NCBI RefSeq assembly: GCF_006345805.1
Contig: NW_021833239.1
Span: 15,972 to 79,971 of the forward strand
Direction of reading: 5' to 3'
From: Octopus sinensis
Lineage: Eukaryota
DNA length: 64,000 nucleotides
Made by a program: the position numbers and the translations under genes
Part shown: positions 24,300 through 37,523 of the stretch, one piece after another
Position numbering within the stretch: position 1 is the first letter of the stretch
Layout: the number at the start of each line of letters is the position of its first letter
Notes under the pieces: generated by a model
Told to the model about the DNA's origin: nothing
Database searches by the model: none
What the model saw: only the letters and a program-made list of their open reading frames with translations

Positions 24300-25897
24300 G
24301 TATGTATGTAAGTATGTATGCATACATACATATATGTATGTATATATACATATATATACTCTTTTACTTGTTTCAGTCATGTGACTGTGGCCTTGCTGGA
24401 GCACCGCTTTTAGTCGAGCAAATCAACCCCAGGACATATTCTTTGTAAGCCTGGTACTTATTCTATCGGTCTCTTTTGCCGAACCGCTAAGTTACGGGGA
24501 CGTAAACACACCAGCATCGGTTCTCAAGCGATGTTGGTGGGAGGGAGAACAAACACAGACACAAACATATACACACACATAAATATACATTTACATATAT
24601 ACGACGGGCTTCTTTCAGTTTCCGTCTACCAAATCCACTCACAAGGCTTTGGTCGGCTCGAGGCTATAATACGCACACACACACACATATGTATATACAT
24701 ATATGTATGTATATATACATATATATGCATATATATATATATATAATAAAATCAATTCATGTTTTTCGATTATTTATAGTTAACACACGTATTTTTCTAT
24801 ATTAATTTGATAATTAGTATAACTTAAGTACATTTATTCTATTATTATTATTATTATTATTATTGTTGTTGTTGTTGTTGTTGTTGTTATTTTAGGCCTG
24901 ATGAGTGACTATATTTTTAAATAGAATTAATTTTAAATCGATTAATTTTAATTCGAATTGATTTTATTGTTATCTATTTGAACATATATATATATATATA
25001 TATATATACAACCTTCGACAGAGTAACAGTCATATATTCAACTTGAAGAGACACACATATCAATACATAAACACATCTTTACATGTACATACAAGTCGCT
25101 TCTTAAATTTCCCACCTTTCTTCTTCAATAAACATTGAATTAAACCTTGCAAAGCTGTTTATTTTCTCCTTTCGATTTTTGATGTTTATTTTAGCGAGCT
25201 ACCAAACTGAGAGTTTGGTCTTCCGGCTAAAACGGTTATGACAAATTTTAAAGTTTGTTTGACATTTTGTAAATGTGAAAGGGATTAAAATTTCGATACT
25301 TCGTATCAAATGTTCCGACAAGAATAGGCGGAAAATCAGAGCTTAAGACAAGAAGACACTTTCGTCCAATCAGAATTCTGTTCACATAATCAGTTTGGTC
25401 GGTCATCTTCATTTGTCAGTTGAATAAAGTGTCATCCAAGCTGACGTTTATTGGTAATTAAATTTAATTTGCAATACCTGTGCGTATTTATCATCTTTGT
25501 TTTTATTGATAATTCTTATCATCAACTTTTCCTGTGATCGTGATTTGAGAAGACACAACAGTATGCTAAAGATCGGACATAATTTCTGTGAGCAAGAAAT
25601 GTTAAATAAAGTTTATTATAAACAACACAAACTCTTTGTAATTTAATAGCTTTTAATGTGATACCTGTTAAACAGAAATTATTTTTATCTGATGAAAATG
25701 TAATAAAATCTAACCATAAGTAAGTGAAATGATGCTAAATACAACTAAATTGGAAACCTTTTTCCCCTGGCCAAAGCGGCAATTCTGAAAACTTTTTGGT
25801 GCGAATTTTACACGAGTAGAAGCTTTTTTTTATAATTTTTATCCCGAAAATCACCTGCGTAAATTACACAGGTGCGCAAATTACACTCGTCTTTTCC

Positions 25898-25929
<32 letters not shown>

Positions 25930-26405
25930 ACCCTCTCACTCTCTCTCCCTCACACACACACTCTCCCTCTTTCGTTTTCTTAATATATTAAGAAATGGTG
26001 GCCTAGCTACAGTGTGTGTCACCCGGGGTAGCCTTTGAGTTTGAAACTCCCTGACCCTATATTCAGGCATATACAATATACCCAAAAGTGCCATCCCCAT
26101 AAAAGAGTCCTTCCCCATAAAAGAGTCCTTCCCCATAAAAGAGTCCTTCCTCATAAAAGTGTCACTCGGTTTGAATCACTTCCGTACCCTCCCATTTAGC
26201 TATGTTATCCCCATTTAGCATCTTTTATGTTTTATGTTTTACTTGTTTTAGTCATTAAACTGCGGCCATGCTGGGGCATCGCCTTGAGGAATTTTTAAAA
26301 GAATGAATCGACCACAGTAGTTAAGTTTTCTTTTAAAACCTTGTACTATCGCAATGAAAGTTTCTCTAGATTAAAATATAAAACATGAAATGAAATCATT
26401 TCCAG

Positions 26406-26608
26406 TTAGTGATATGTTACATTGGAAAGAGTCTCACATGACACAGATTTACTTTCACCGTTCTGATATTCAAAAACCATGACAATTACTGACAGTCCGA
26501 TAAAACATAATCCCGAAATAATAAAAAAAATACTAAGTCCAATGGTTGCATTGTATTTCCATTCTTTTTTATTCCCTCTATCTTTGGTGTAACGGTAGAG
26601 GCAGATAG
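26406..26608 (-). CDS. SLC38A7-like: SLC38A7/8-like transporter, terminal coding exon
   Basis: gactttcag|CT ATC TGC CTC..CAC TAA; ICLYRYTKDRGNKKEWKYNATIGLSIFFIISGLCFIGLSVIVMVFEYQ..TYH*; in frame with exon 7; final hydrophobic helix. Confidence 0.85.
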
Positions 26609-27414
26609 CTGAAAGTCAACCAGAAACATAAAAAAAATTAATCAAGCTACAATACACGGGAGAAAAAAATGTGAAGTTTATATAATAATCATTACACAGT
26701 ATAACATAATTAAACTTTTTTTTTTTGTCTTCAGTCAGTTAGTGTTGTTTCATATTTGCTTCTATCTTTGAATTAAAGGAAATAACTACTATTGCCTTCA
26801 GACCTTGCTTTTGTGACTTAGACATCAATATAGAAACTCGTCAACTTCAATTTCTATCTAGACAGAGGTTACCAAATATTAAAGGATTAACTTTTATTTA
26901 GCATTTTCATATTTTGGAAGTTTTTGATGCAAAATCTTGTGTTGAAGGATCTATTATACTTTCTACGTTGTGTATAAATGTGCTTCTCGCAAGGAGAGGC
27001 AACTTAAATTTCATACTCCCGCAGAAACAGAAAAAATGCTTCCAAAATATACGCAGCAACGAGTAAGAAGCCAGAAGAATGGCAACAGCCACTTGCACGT
27101 CTCAGACCTTTATAAAGATTCTCTATTATATGGGTAAATGGTTGACTCGAATTCGAGTCAAGAACGTACCGGTTCATCGAGATTCGGCAAGAGAATTAGC
27201 CATTCTCGAGGAGATTATCCACCCATATCTCAACAGGACTGGAATTCTTATGGAATTCTAGTTATTATTTTCTCTAGAAGAAATAAATCGTATACCGATT
27301 TTTCTGTTTCGAGGAATGCAAGAAGATGCCGGTGATCATAGAGGCGGAAAAATCCCAATTGCTTAATGAGAGGGTATACTAAGCCTTTTCGCCTGTTGTA
27401 GAGAAAGCACGATG

Positions 27415-27742
27415 CTATTATTATTATTATTATTATTGTTGCTGTTGTTGTTTTGATTCTCGCTGTTCTATTTACGGTTGTTCTCTGCTTGAAAGCAAGC
27501 AATAACAAATCACCAAAGGTTTCAAGCAGTGCCTTCTCCTGTGATTAAGAGAGACAATACTCTTCTTAGAATGCGAGCTGTACTCAACAATGCTGTCTTA
27601 TGGTCCACTTCGAGCTTGGCAGCAGTTCCAATATTCTTAGTATGTTTTTCAAAGCTCTTGGAAACTGCTCCCATTGCTCCAATTACCACCAGTATCACCA
27701 TTACCTTCCTCATGCCCCACAGTTCTCTTAACTCGTCCCACA

Positions 27743-27779
<37 letters not shown>

Positions 27780-30035
27780 TATTATTATTATTATTATTAT
27801 ACACACAACAGATTAGACTGTTAGCAAAGAAAAATTCCTAACATCGAACTACAACAGGTAACCTTAAATGCCAAGAACCCTCCTAACCATCCTCGCCATT
27901 CCTAATAACACTGTTTTCTGGAACTGTACTAAATTAGGTTTTATCTCTAATTCCTTTATCCATCTGTTGAAAACTTAAGGGATAGTCCCTAATGCACCTA
28001 TAACTACTGGGATGCATTTTACTCGCACTTTCCATAGTTTCTGTAATTCTATGGCTAGGTCCTGCTACTTTCCTGCTTTTTCTATACCTCTCATTGAATT
28101 TTTCATCATTTGAGACTGTAAAGTCAATTATCTGGCATATTCTATTCTCTTTATCTACAACTACGAAATTAGGCTTTGTAACTTCTATTACTCTTCAGTC
28201 TGAATGTTAAAGTCCCCCAACACCTTATATTTCTGACTTTCTAGTAGTTTATTAGGTTCGTGTTTATACCATTCATCAGTATGGTCAGATCCAAGCTTTC
28301 TACATAACTCTCATTGTTGTCATGTCTTTTCTGTATTCGTTCTGTGCCAGCGTACTATATTCACTTACTATATGAGTAACGCTTTCCTCTATTGATTTGC
28401 ATAAACTACATTGGAAATCTACTTGACTTTTGTCCATCTCGGCCTTTGTCTAGTTAGTCCTTAATGCTTCCTTACCCTTCCGATATACTCTTCAATTTTC
28501 ATTTTCATTTTCATTTTCATTTTCATTTCTATAGTTAGTACTATGTCAGATTTTAATATTCCTAGATACTTATAACACTTTTAATGATTTTAATGTCTGA
28601 CCATCTGGTAATTGGATACGTAACTGTTGACTACATGTCCCCTTTTCATGACTAATATTGCACACTTATCCATGCCAAAATCCATGCCTATATCTTTGCT
28701 GAAGAATGTTACAGTCTGTATTAAGGAATCTATCCCTTTTACATTCTTACTAAAAAGCTTCAGATCATCCATGTAGAACAAATGGTTAGTTTTTGCCTTA
28801 CTATTTCTGAACTGATGCCTTGCCTTTGTCTTCCTTAATACTAAACTGAGAAGGATCAAACATAAGACAAATATTAAAGAGGATAACGAGTCTCCTTGGA
28901 AAATTCCTCTCGATATTAATCTTTCTTAAAACTGAGTAGAGATCTACTTTCCATTTCTTCATGCTAAAGCTAATTAATTCTCTTATGTTGTTTGCTTTGC
29001 TGAATATACTCAAACATTCATTTATACATGAGTGTGAGATCATGTCATAAGCGTTCTTGTAGTCTTCCCATGCTATTGTTCTTTCTAGCTTTTATTTCAT
29101 TTCGAATTTCTTCATTGACCATACGTTCTTCTAGCATTCTTCCTGTAACCTTTCTGTTCTTCTGGCAGTAAAGTCTTGTTACCAAGGAGCTCGTAAATGC
29201 TTTCTGAAAGCATTCCAGTCAACAGCTTCAACACTAATGGTAAGCTAGTGATTGGTCTATAATTGCTTGCTGTATTACATTAGCTTTTATCTTTCATAAG
29301 GAGTATTGTTCTTCCTCTGGTCATCCAATCTGGTATTATTCTTACATTAAGGCAATACTGAAGTTGTTCCCTCAGCCTCCCATGTAAACTACTAAATTTC
29401 TTTAACCAGTACCCTTGAACTAAATCTGGTCCTAGGTCCTTCCATTTCGGCATTTTTCCTAATACTTTACTCATTAATGCAATAGTTAGTCTTAGATCTG
29501 GCTGCTGCTTCTTACTCACTACTTCTGCCCTCACTTTTTAAAACCATATTGCATCTCCAAATATTACTCCAGAAGGTTCTAGCTTCTTCTATATTATATT
29601 TCTCATTTTCAGTACTTTCTTCTCCATTATTCATTTAGTTATAAAATCTACTCTGGTCTGTCTCAAATAATCTATTCTGTTGATACTGATCTATTCTTTT
29701 CTGATATCTGGAAAGCTTATCTGCTACTGCTATGATACGTTGTTTCACCTCTTCTATGAGCGTTCCAAATCCTTTCTCTTTGAGTAAGTATCTTTTCTCA
29801 AGAGATTTAAATCTTGTGTTTCCTAGATTATTCAGTTTCCAGGCTTCTATTCTACTCAGATCTTGTCTTAAAATCTTCACTTTATTTTGTAATCTCCTTT
29901 TTCACATTTGCTCTTTTCTAATCTTTCCTTGTAGAATATCTAATCTTCTAGTAACTACAACTCCTCCCATATATATCAATATGTTAGTGTCTCCTATATT
30001 TTTAGTGTTGTTTGTCTTTCCTACTGCCTCTTTGG
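27415..30035 (-). mobile_element. R4/Dong-clade LINE (RT + restriction-like endonuclease), disrupted
   Basis: PGPDLVQGYW, HLFYMDDLKLF, and C-terminal VILVVIGAMGAV..KTALLSTARILRRVL; (AAT)n tail. Confidence 0.85.
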
Positions 30036-30439
30036 TGATGTGAAACAAGATAACAAACTACACCCAAGTAGGCTACAGAAGTCAAAGAGCTGAAATGAGC
30101 ATTGCAAAGTGATTCGTTTTAAAATCTTGCCAATTTACCATCTTGGATAAGTAATATTTTTTTTTAATGGACACCAGTATTCTTTGATAATGTATTTAGT
30201 AGCTCTATGTCTATCTGTTTGTCTGTCATAATTCAGTTTATTTCAAGATTTCTTGTTAATAGAAAAAAAGCCGGTTTTTAACCTAGAGCCAAAGCTCATT
30301 CACTGAAATTTGAACATCAACAGGGTATTTCTGCATGTGTATGCATACATGTGCAGTATTTGGAGTCAGTACATGTACAGATTTGTATATTTTGTTTTAT
30401 GTGTGTATTCTCAGACATATAATTGCATGTCTAGACATG

Positions 30440-31090
30440 AACATAACTATTTAACTGATAAACTTCTGGAAAGTTTTACAGACTCATAGTTCCAGTGATG
30501 GCTTGGATCTGTAGTCTTCGGATCAGCTTTCTCCTTTCTGATTATAGAAGCTTAATTTCTCAAGATTGGTACATAGGCAGTGTGTTATCTATCTTAGCGC
30601 CCCAATAATTATAGGTATTAATGTGAACTTATAATCTGGGTAGAGTAACTGTAGATTTCCCAATAGTTCAGCGTAGGTATTTTCTTTTTCTCTGATCATT
30701 AGCTTCATGTTAACATCTGCCGAGCAGTTGATTTCCACCACTATGTATGTATGTGGAGTCTGTGATAAAGGATGTGAGATTTGTGCTTTATGAACGAGAA
30801 AAATAGTTGCTGTGCTTTCTGTGTTGTTCTTGATTTTAGATTCTGTTCAGCACTAACGAAGAAGACTTTTGATTAAAGGTGCTCCAAAAATGATAATATC
30901 GTGTTTTTGTATAGGAACTGCATTATTCAATATATTTATTTCAGGCCGCAGAGTGTGGCTTATGAAAAATTTGGTTGCTATTTCTAGTAGAGTAAGCGAT
31001 CACGTAGAAGCTCTCTCGCTAGTTAGTGATTTTAATACAAGTTGGTGTATGAAATCAAGTTTGCAGCAAATATGCTAACTGTATGACGAA
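30440..31090 (-). mobile_element. R4/NeSL-like RLE C-terminal remnant
   Basis: VVEINCSADVN..YAELLGNLQLLYPDYKFTLIPIIIGAL; a related remnant at 63715-64000(-). Confidence 0.6.
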
Positions 31091-31516
31091 TTTAATTTGA
31101 ATTTAGCTATAAAACTGATTCTATGGTGTAATGGTTATCACTTTGGGCTCTGAATCCAACAATCTGATTTCCAGTTTCGGTAGAACCTAATTTTTTCCAC
31201 AGTGGCTTTCCTGCATGAGTGCAGATGCATGGCCGAAATGCATCAAAAGAATAACGCATTGAATTTATTAACAGTAATTTAGGGTTGAATATAATTGGTT
31301 TCTGAATATTCTGCACAATTTTATATTTTCTTACATTTTTGACAAAAACTCAGAATCTCTTTCATAACACCACTGAAATGCGCTATAGCTTGTCTGGTGC
31401 TTTCTAGAATTAATACTGTATCACAAGATGTTAAAAATTGGCAAAGAATTGCTTTAGGATATTTTAGACAACTTTTTCGGTAAGATACAAATAAAATATT
31501 TGGAAGCCAGACATAC

Positions 31517-31716
31517 CTGGGAGTATAAACGTAAGGGTAGAGGCGAATGGTCCCAAAAATGAGATAAAATATCTAATATTTGATAATAACATAGCCATCA
31601 AAGTATTAGAGGCGATCCAGAACGATGTAATTACGATAGTATGAATATTTTCTTTTCGTTCTGTTTCTTCATCGGAAAATTTCCAGTATTGACACCATAA
31701 GCTCCGGACAGCAGAT
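31517..31716 (-). CDS. SLC38A7-like: SLC38A7/8-like transporter, visible exon 7
   Basis: tatttttcag|A..CCA G|gtatgt; SAVRSLWCQYWKFSDEETERKENIHTIVITSFWIASNTLMAMLLSNIRYFISFLGPFASTLTFILP resembles [34 protein letters not shown]; 200 nt, phase 2 to 1. Confidence 0.9.
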
Positions 31717-33195
31717 CTGAAAAATACTAAAAGGGTTATAGGAACTTTTGACTGATTATTGAAAATGCAGAAAAAAAAAAAAGCAAAAACTTTTCGATAG
31801 GGTAATTCTTAGCCCACTCTTAAATTTCAATTATATCACTCCAAATTCTAGAGCCAGCCATTGCCCACGATCGAGTATAGTTTGGTAAAATGTACCTATT
31901 TCTTTATTACCCACAAGGGGCTAAACATAGAGGGGACAAACAAGGACAAACATAGATATTAAGTCAATTACATCGACCCCAGTGCGGAACCGGTACTTAA
32001 TTTATCGACCCGAAAGGATGAAAGGAAAAGTCAACCTCGGCGGAATTTGAACTCAGAACGTAACGACAGACGAAATACCGCTAAGCATTTCATCCGGCGT
32101 GCTAACGTTTCTGCCAGCCCGCCGTTTGGCAACATGTACCATGCTTTCGCTAACTGTTTTAGGTGCCGGTGGAATCGTGAGCAGGTATAGATACCATCTC
32201 GACACTCTCACATTTGACTCAGCAACGCATACACAATGTGACTACTGCAGAGAGATCGAGAGAACGACTTGCTCAAGGACATAACACTCCGTCCACTCTG
32301 ACACTGAATGCACAATTTTATGATCGTGAACCATTAGGTAACGCACCATAACTACTGATCTGACCAGAAAATATAATGTAACTTCATTTTATTGCCTTGA
32401 CCATTAAGGTTTGTTAATCTAAAATTTAACGTAATTTATTCCGTTATTAAATTTCAGTTACATACAAACTAAAACAAAATATTTACATTAGGATTAAAAT
32501 GGCTCAATCGAATTACAGATTTTTTTAAAGTTATATTTTATGTTGTTTTTCAGAAAGTATTGCTTCCTCCATTGAACCAGAGAGCTCTGTTAAATGTTGA
32601 ACAGAGTGATATACATAAATAATTTTCTCAACCGGCACAGAAAAATACTCCTACAAAACAGCTATTTGTAAGTAAAGACTTACAAATCAGTACAGCAGCA
32701 AGCTTTCAGTCAACCATGTCTACTTATATGAGTTTCATTTCACAAGTAGAACTTCCTGTATCGATAAGTCGTTTTGGCCAAAACATATCGTTTTCTAGGA
32801 ATGCTTACAAGTCTCGTCAATTAAATATATTTTTATTTAGCAAAATATAGTCCTATCAGCAATAATAATTTAACAACTTCCAAAACATGCTAAGTGAACA
32901 CTTATTCCACTTCAAAAATGCAATATACATATATATATATATAGTTACTGGGACGTAAACACGCCAACATCGGTTGTCAAGCGATGGTGCGATGACAAAT
33001 GAACACACACACACATATATACGACGGGCTTCTTTCAGTTTCTGTCTACCATATCCCCTCACAAGGCTTTGGGTCACTATAATAAAAGACACTTACCCAA
33101 GGTGTCAAAATTAAATGCTGGAAAAGTTAAAAGAAAAGTTTTTTTAAAGAATATTTGCATACTTATATTAAGAGAAATGTTTTTAAAATAATATT

Positions 33196-33311
<116 letters not shown>

Positions 33312-34144
33312 GGGAAAATAAATTAATAATTTATACACCAAAGTAGTATTCGGCATGTTAAAGGACCATTTTCAGTAAACTTGAACAATATTTTTTTATA
33401 ATTATGAGTATAATTATAATTAGGGTTCAGCAAAAAAATTTGCTTCACCGCATACCGAACATTAGAATAGCAGCCAAAGAATCTAGCTATTTCTTCTACT
33501 ATAAGAAGAAACTCTCAGACAACATATATCAAAAACAATTCACGTAGGCAGAGAGGAAAAACAACGAAATTCACTCGGCATTTGATTAACTGTAGACGCG
33601 TTTCGGAGTTAGATAGATATGAAAAATGAAACAATCACATTTACATTCGGTCATTCGGCACTGTCATGCCTTTGGGTGTCAGAAGTGAAAGTAGAGAAAT
33701 CTGACGTCAGACGTCAACTTCGTGTATTTACGTCGTCTTTCGTTTATTTACGCCGTTTATTTACGTACCACTGAAATGCAAGTAAAAGCTTGTATGTATG
33801 TAGTTATGTATGTATGTATATATAATACATACATACACACATATATATAATATACATGTATATATACATATATATATATATATTTAATACATACATATAT
33901 ATAATATATACATGTATTTTTACCGCCTTTAGTCGCACAAATCGACCCCAGAACTTATTCTATCGGTCTTTTTCTTAACCACTATACATTATATACATAC
34001 ATACAGATAGATAGATAGATACACACACACACACATATAATAGATATAAATGTGTACGTGTGTACATTTTCAGAAAAAATTCATACATTTTAAACAATAT
34101 CATAGCATTTCTCTTATTTTTTACATGAAGTTTTCGAAAAATGA

Positions 34145-34282
34145 ATTTAGAATGTAAAAATCAAATATATCAAATTAATAAACGCAAATTATTTAGAATG
34201 TAAAAATCAAATATATCAAATTAATAAACGCAAATTATTTAGAATGTAAAAATCAAATATATCAAATTAATAAACGCAAATT
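34145..34282. repeat. 3 x 46-bp tandem repeat downstream of the Merlin ORF
   Basis: atttagaatgtaaaaatcaaatatatcaaattaataaacgcaaatt at 34145, 34191 and 34237. Confidence 0.9.
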
Positions 34283-34381
34283 ATTTTCAAATATCATTTT
34301 CAACGGTGAGATTATCAAAATATAAACTTGAAGTTAAGTTTAAAAATAAATGCGATACTCATTCTGTCTTGATACTTATGC

Positions 34382-35284
34382 TCAAATACATGGATATAGC
34401 TGTCGAATTTGTTCTATCAACTTCCCGAATATATCATCCTTAAATTCATAGCGCCACATGAATTCGATGAGATGGGTCTGAAGTAAATTTCTGGCTGTTC
34501 CACATTCTCTCCTATTTCGAGTCTTTACGTGTTTCCATAAACTTCTATGTGGTTGGTTGTGGCAAATGTTACCGGATCAACAAAATTTATAGAATGATTC
34601 ACGGTCAAATGTCTGTATCCTAGCTGACTGAGTGTATTATACGAACGCCAAAGGTCGGATATTATTGTTGTACCAGGCAATATACGCTCGCGTATAATCT
34701 GTAATAGAGTGTCCGCTGTTCGATTTTCAACTGCCACTAAAATACATCTTCTACTATCTCTTTCTAATGCACCAAACACCCATTGCGTTTTAACCCGATG
34801 GCCAACATGATATTTTCTCTTAACAAACGCAGTTTCATCTATTTCAACGATTCTATGGGTCCTCCCAGTTTAATATTCTGTGCAACATAATATTCTGCAC
34901 ATACATCGCGGCAAAAATTCCTCCAATCGGTTACCGCTACATTTGCTAAATGACATTCCTGTCCTATTCCTTTTGCTAAATCTTCTTTGGCCCAGTAAAA
35001 CAAAATATCTATGATCTGTTGACACTTCGATTTGCTATTTTCTAAAATGTTCCTTTTCTAATTGACACGGATTTTCTACAAGGTCTTCCACACGACCATA
35101 TTATTTCATCAGATATACTTTTTTTCGTTACTTCTCTCATGGTAGCTCCACACGATGTACATATTTTCTGGGTATTCAAAAGGCCATGTCTCTTAAGCCA
35201 ATTAATGCTATCTGCTGTTGTAGCAGTGGAGACGGCAATATCGCGGTGACTAATTCCTCTTGAACTTGGATATGCAAAAGCCAT
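34382..35284 (-). mobile_element. Merlin/IS1595-like (ISXO2) DDE transposase with two single-base frameshifts
   Basis: CTSC..C zinc motif, GGPHRIVEIDET, WVFGALER, ILPGTTIISDLWRSY, HLTVNHS, TNHIE. Confidence 0.88.
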
Positions 35285-35286
35285 AT

Positions 35287-35682
35287 TAAAAATTGTTTAG
35301 CACGTGTTGATATCACACTGAAAGTTTCTAACTGAATAAATTTCAAAGTTTGAATTACGCACGTGGTGGTCAGTGGTCATTCTGATTGGTGTATGTAATC
35401 GCGGTGATGGTCATGGGGGTTCATTTGTGCAGATTTTGGTGTGATTTCTTTTTTAAAAACAATAATGAATAATGCAAGAATATATTTATTCTTGCATTAT
35501 TCATTATTGTTTTTAAAAAAGAAATCACACCAAAATCTGCACAAATGAACCCCCATGACCATCACCGCGATTACATACACCAATCAGAATGACCACTGAC
35601 CACCACGTGCGTAATTCAAACTTTGAAATTTATTCAGTTAGAAACTTTCAGTGTGATATCAACACGTGCTAAACAATTTTTA
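35287..35682. repeat. Perfect palindrome, 196-bp arms, 4-nt loop
   Basis: Arms read as exact reverse complements around tatt at 35483-35486. Confidence 0.92.
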
Positions 35683-36395
35683 TTTACGCCGTTAAATATT
35701 TACTTAAATTCCTTAATATGGAATCTGGATGTTAAATGGTAAGGGACATTGAAAACCTCTAGAGCACTAGTAGTCTATATTCCTCCTACCCCTCTAACTT
35801 CAACCTACTAGCTTTTTGCTATAATACATTCAAATATATCTAAACTGAATTCTTCAAAATGGGAATGGGTTTATGGTTTTGACATTTGTACTACCCCTTC
35901 CTATATCTATAAATAGAAAAAATTCTTGTTTGTCTCCATTCAACCAAGAATAAAAACCCCTCCCCACTGATAGATCTAAATAACAAAGTGAACTCAATGA
36001 TAAAATCTACAGTCAGAGAGTGAACATACTACTATCATGTTCTTAAGAATGAAATCAACCTCTCTGTCTGTATATCTACCCTCTTTATAATGTTGGTAAA
36101 TGAAATATGGATAAGAATGTGCATTGTCCGTTTAATTGGAAATTTCTATAAGTGACTGAAGATTTCTCGACATTTTAAAACAGATTTAATACTTACAGTG
36201 TTTAATAAAATGAAGAAGCATGAAATTGTACTACTCTACCTTGGATATACATGTTGCATATTTTGCTTATTTATATTATATATACACACAAACACACACA
36301 TAGAACCTCGGAGACCCTGTAAAGAGTCATGAGCACTGTCTCCTTTCCAGAAGAAAAGATATAAGAATACACTCATAAAGTCACGCATACACACA

Positions 36396-36448
<53 letters not shown>

Positions 36449-36520
36449 GCACACACTTACACACACACACACACACACACGCATGCATGCACGCTTACAC
36501 AAACTTATGCATATACATAC

Positions 36521-36783
36521 CTTCCTGGAAAGAATATAATTGTGTAGCTGCTAATTCCCTTGACAGCAAGTAGGATGACTGCTATCAATACTGGTACGTC
36601 TGGGTTTTTGTATGAAAGGAGGATATCACTGTGCACTTCAGAGCCGAACGACAATGATCCAAAGACTCCCATCAGCATGTAAAAGAACGTAGCGAGAGCA
36701 AAAGCTCCGCACAGGACCTTGGTATATGACCGCAAATTTCGATGCTTCATACTGGAGTAGATTGGAACAGAACTTACTTGTGC
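36521..36783 (-). CDS. SLC38A7-like: SLC38A7/8-like transporter, visible exon 6
   Basis: tttactattgcag|GCA..GGA AG|gtatgt; AQVSSVPIYSSM..GVFGSLSFGSEVHSDILLSY..SSYTIIFFPGR resembles CHVSSVPVFNSM..GFLTFG..DVLLSY..TSYPILHFCGR; 263 nt. Confidence 0.93.
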
Positions 36784-37046
36784 CTGCAATAGTAAATATT
36801 ATTTGTTTATTTAATACATAACATTCATTTAATATATAATGCAGGCTTAGGTAAAGAAATTGCTTCCCAACTACATGGTTCCGGGTTCAGTCCCACTGCG
36901 TGGCACCTTGGGCGAGTGTCTCCTAGTATAGCCTCAGGCCAACCAAAATCTTGTGAGTGGATTTGGAAAACAGAAACTGAAAGAAGTCAGTCATATATAC
37001 ATATATATATATATACATACACATATATACACACACACACATATAT

Positions 37047-37102
<56 letters not shown>

Positions 37103-37143
37103 TATATATATACATACATATATGTATGTATATACATACATAT

Positions 37144-37279
<136 letters not shown>

Positions 37280-37313
37280 ATGGAGTTAAACGCAGGTGTT
37301 ATTCAAATCTTAC

Positions 37314-37399
37314 TTCTGACATATGTTTCGAAGTAAACATTGGTTTTACTCCAGAAGGAATAAAATTATGTAAAACAATGCAATCTTCTCATCAGAGAA
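37314..37399 (-). ncRNA. Type I hammerhead ribozyme, intact core, long stem II, intronic and sense to the SLC38 gene
   Basis: TTCT-CTGATGA-GAAG..CTTC-GAAA-C-ATAT-G-T-C-AGAA; stem II extended by cattgttttac/gtaaaaccaatg; GUC triplet; palindromic loop 3. Confidence 0.8.
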
Positions 37400-37523
37400 T
37401 GAAAGAAACCCAACACATCAATAAGACATTTTCACAGAATGTTGATGACTGCGTATATGATGAAGGGAACGCTATCAATTTTTTTAAACCTTAGTGTATA
37501 TATACTGACTTTTTTTACCACTG

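Noticed and set aside
33585-33670. Hammerhead-like GAAACGCGTC (similar partial motifs near 350, 18500, 24900 and 59840)
   Set aside because: CUGANGA or stem I partner missing, so no complete ribozyme can be drawn
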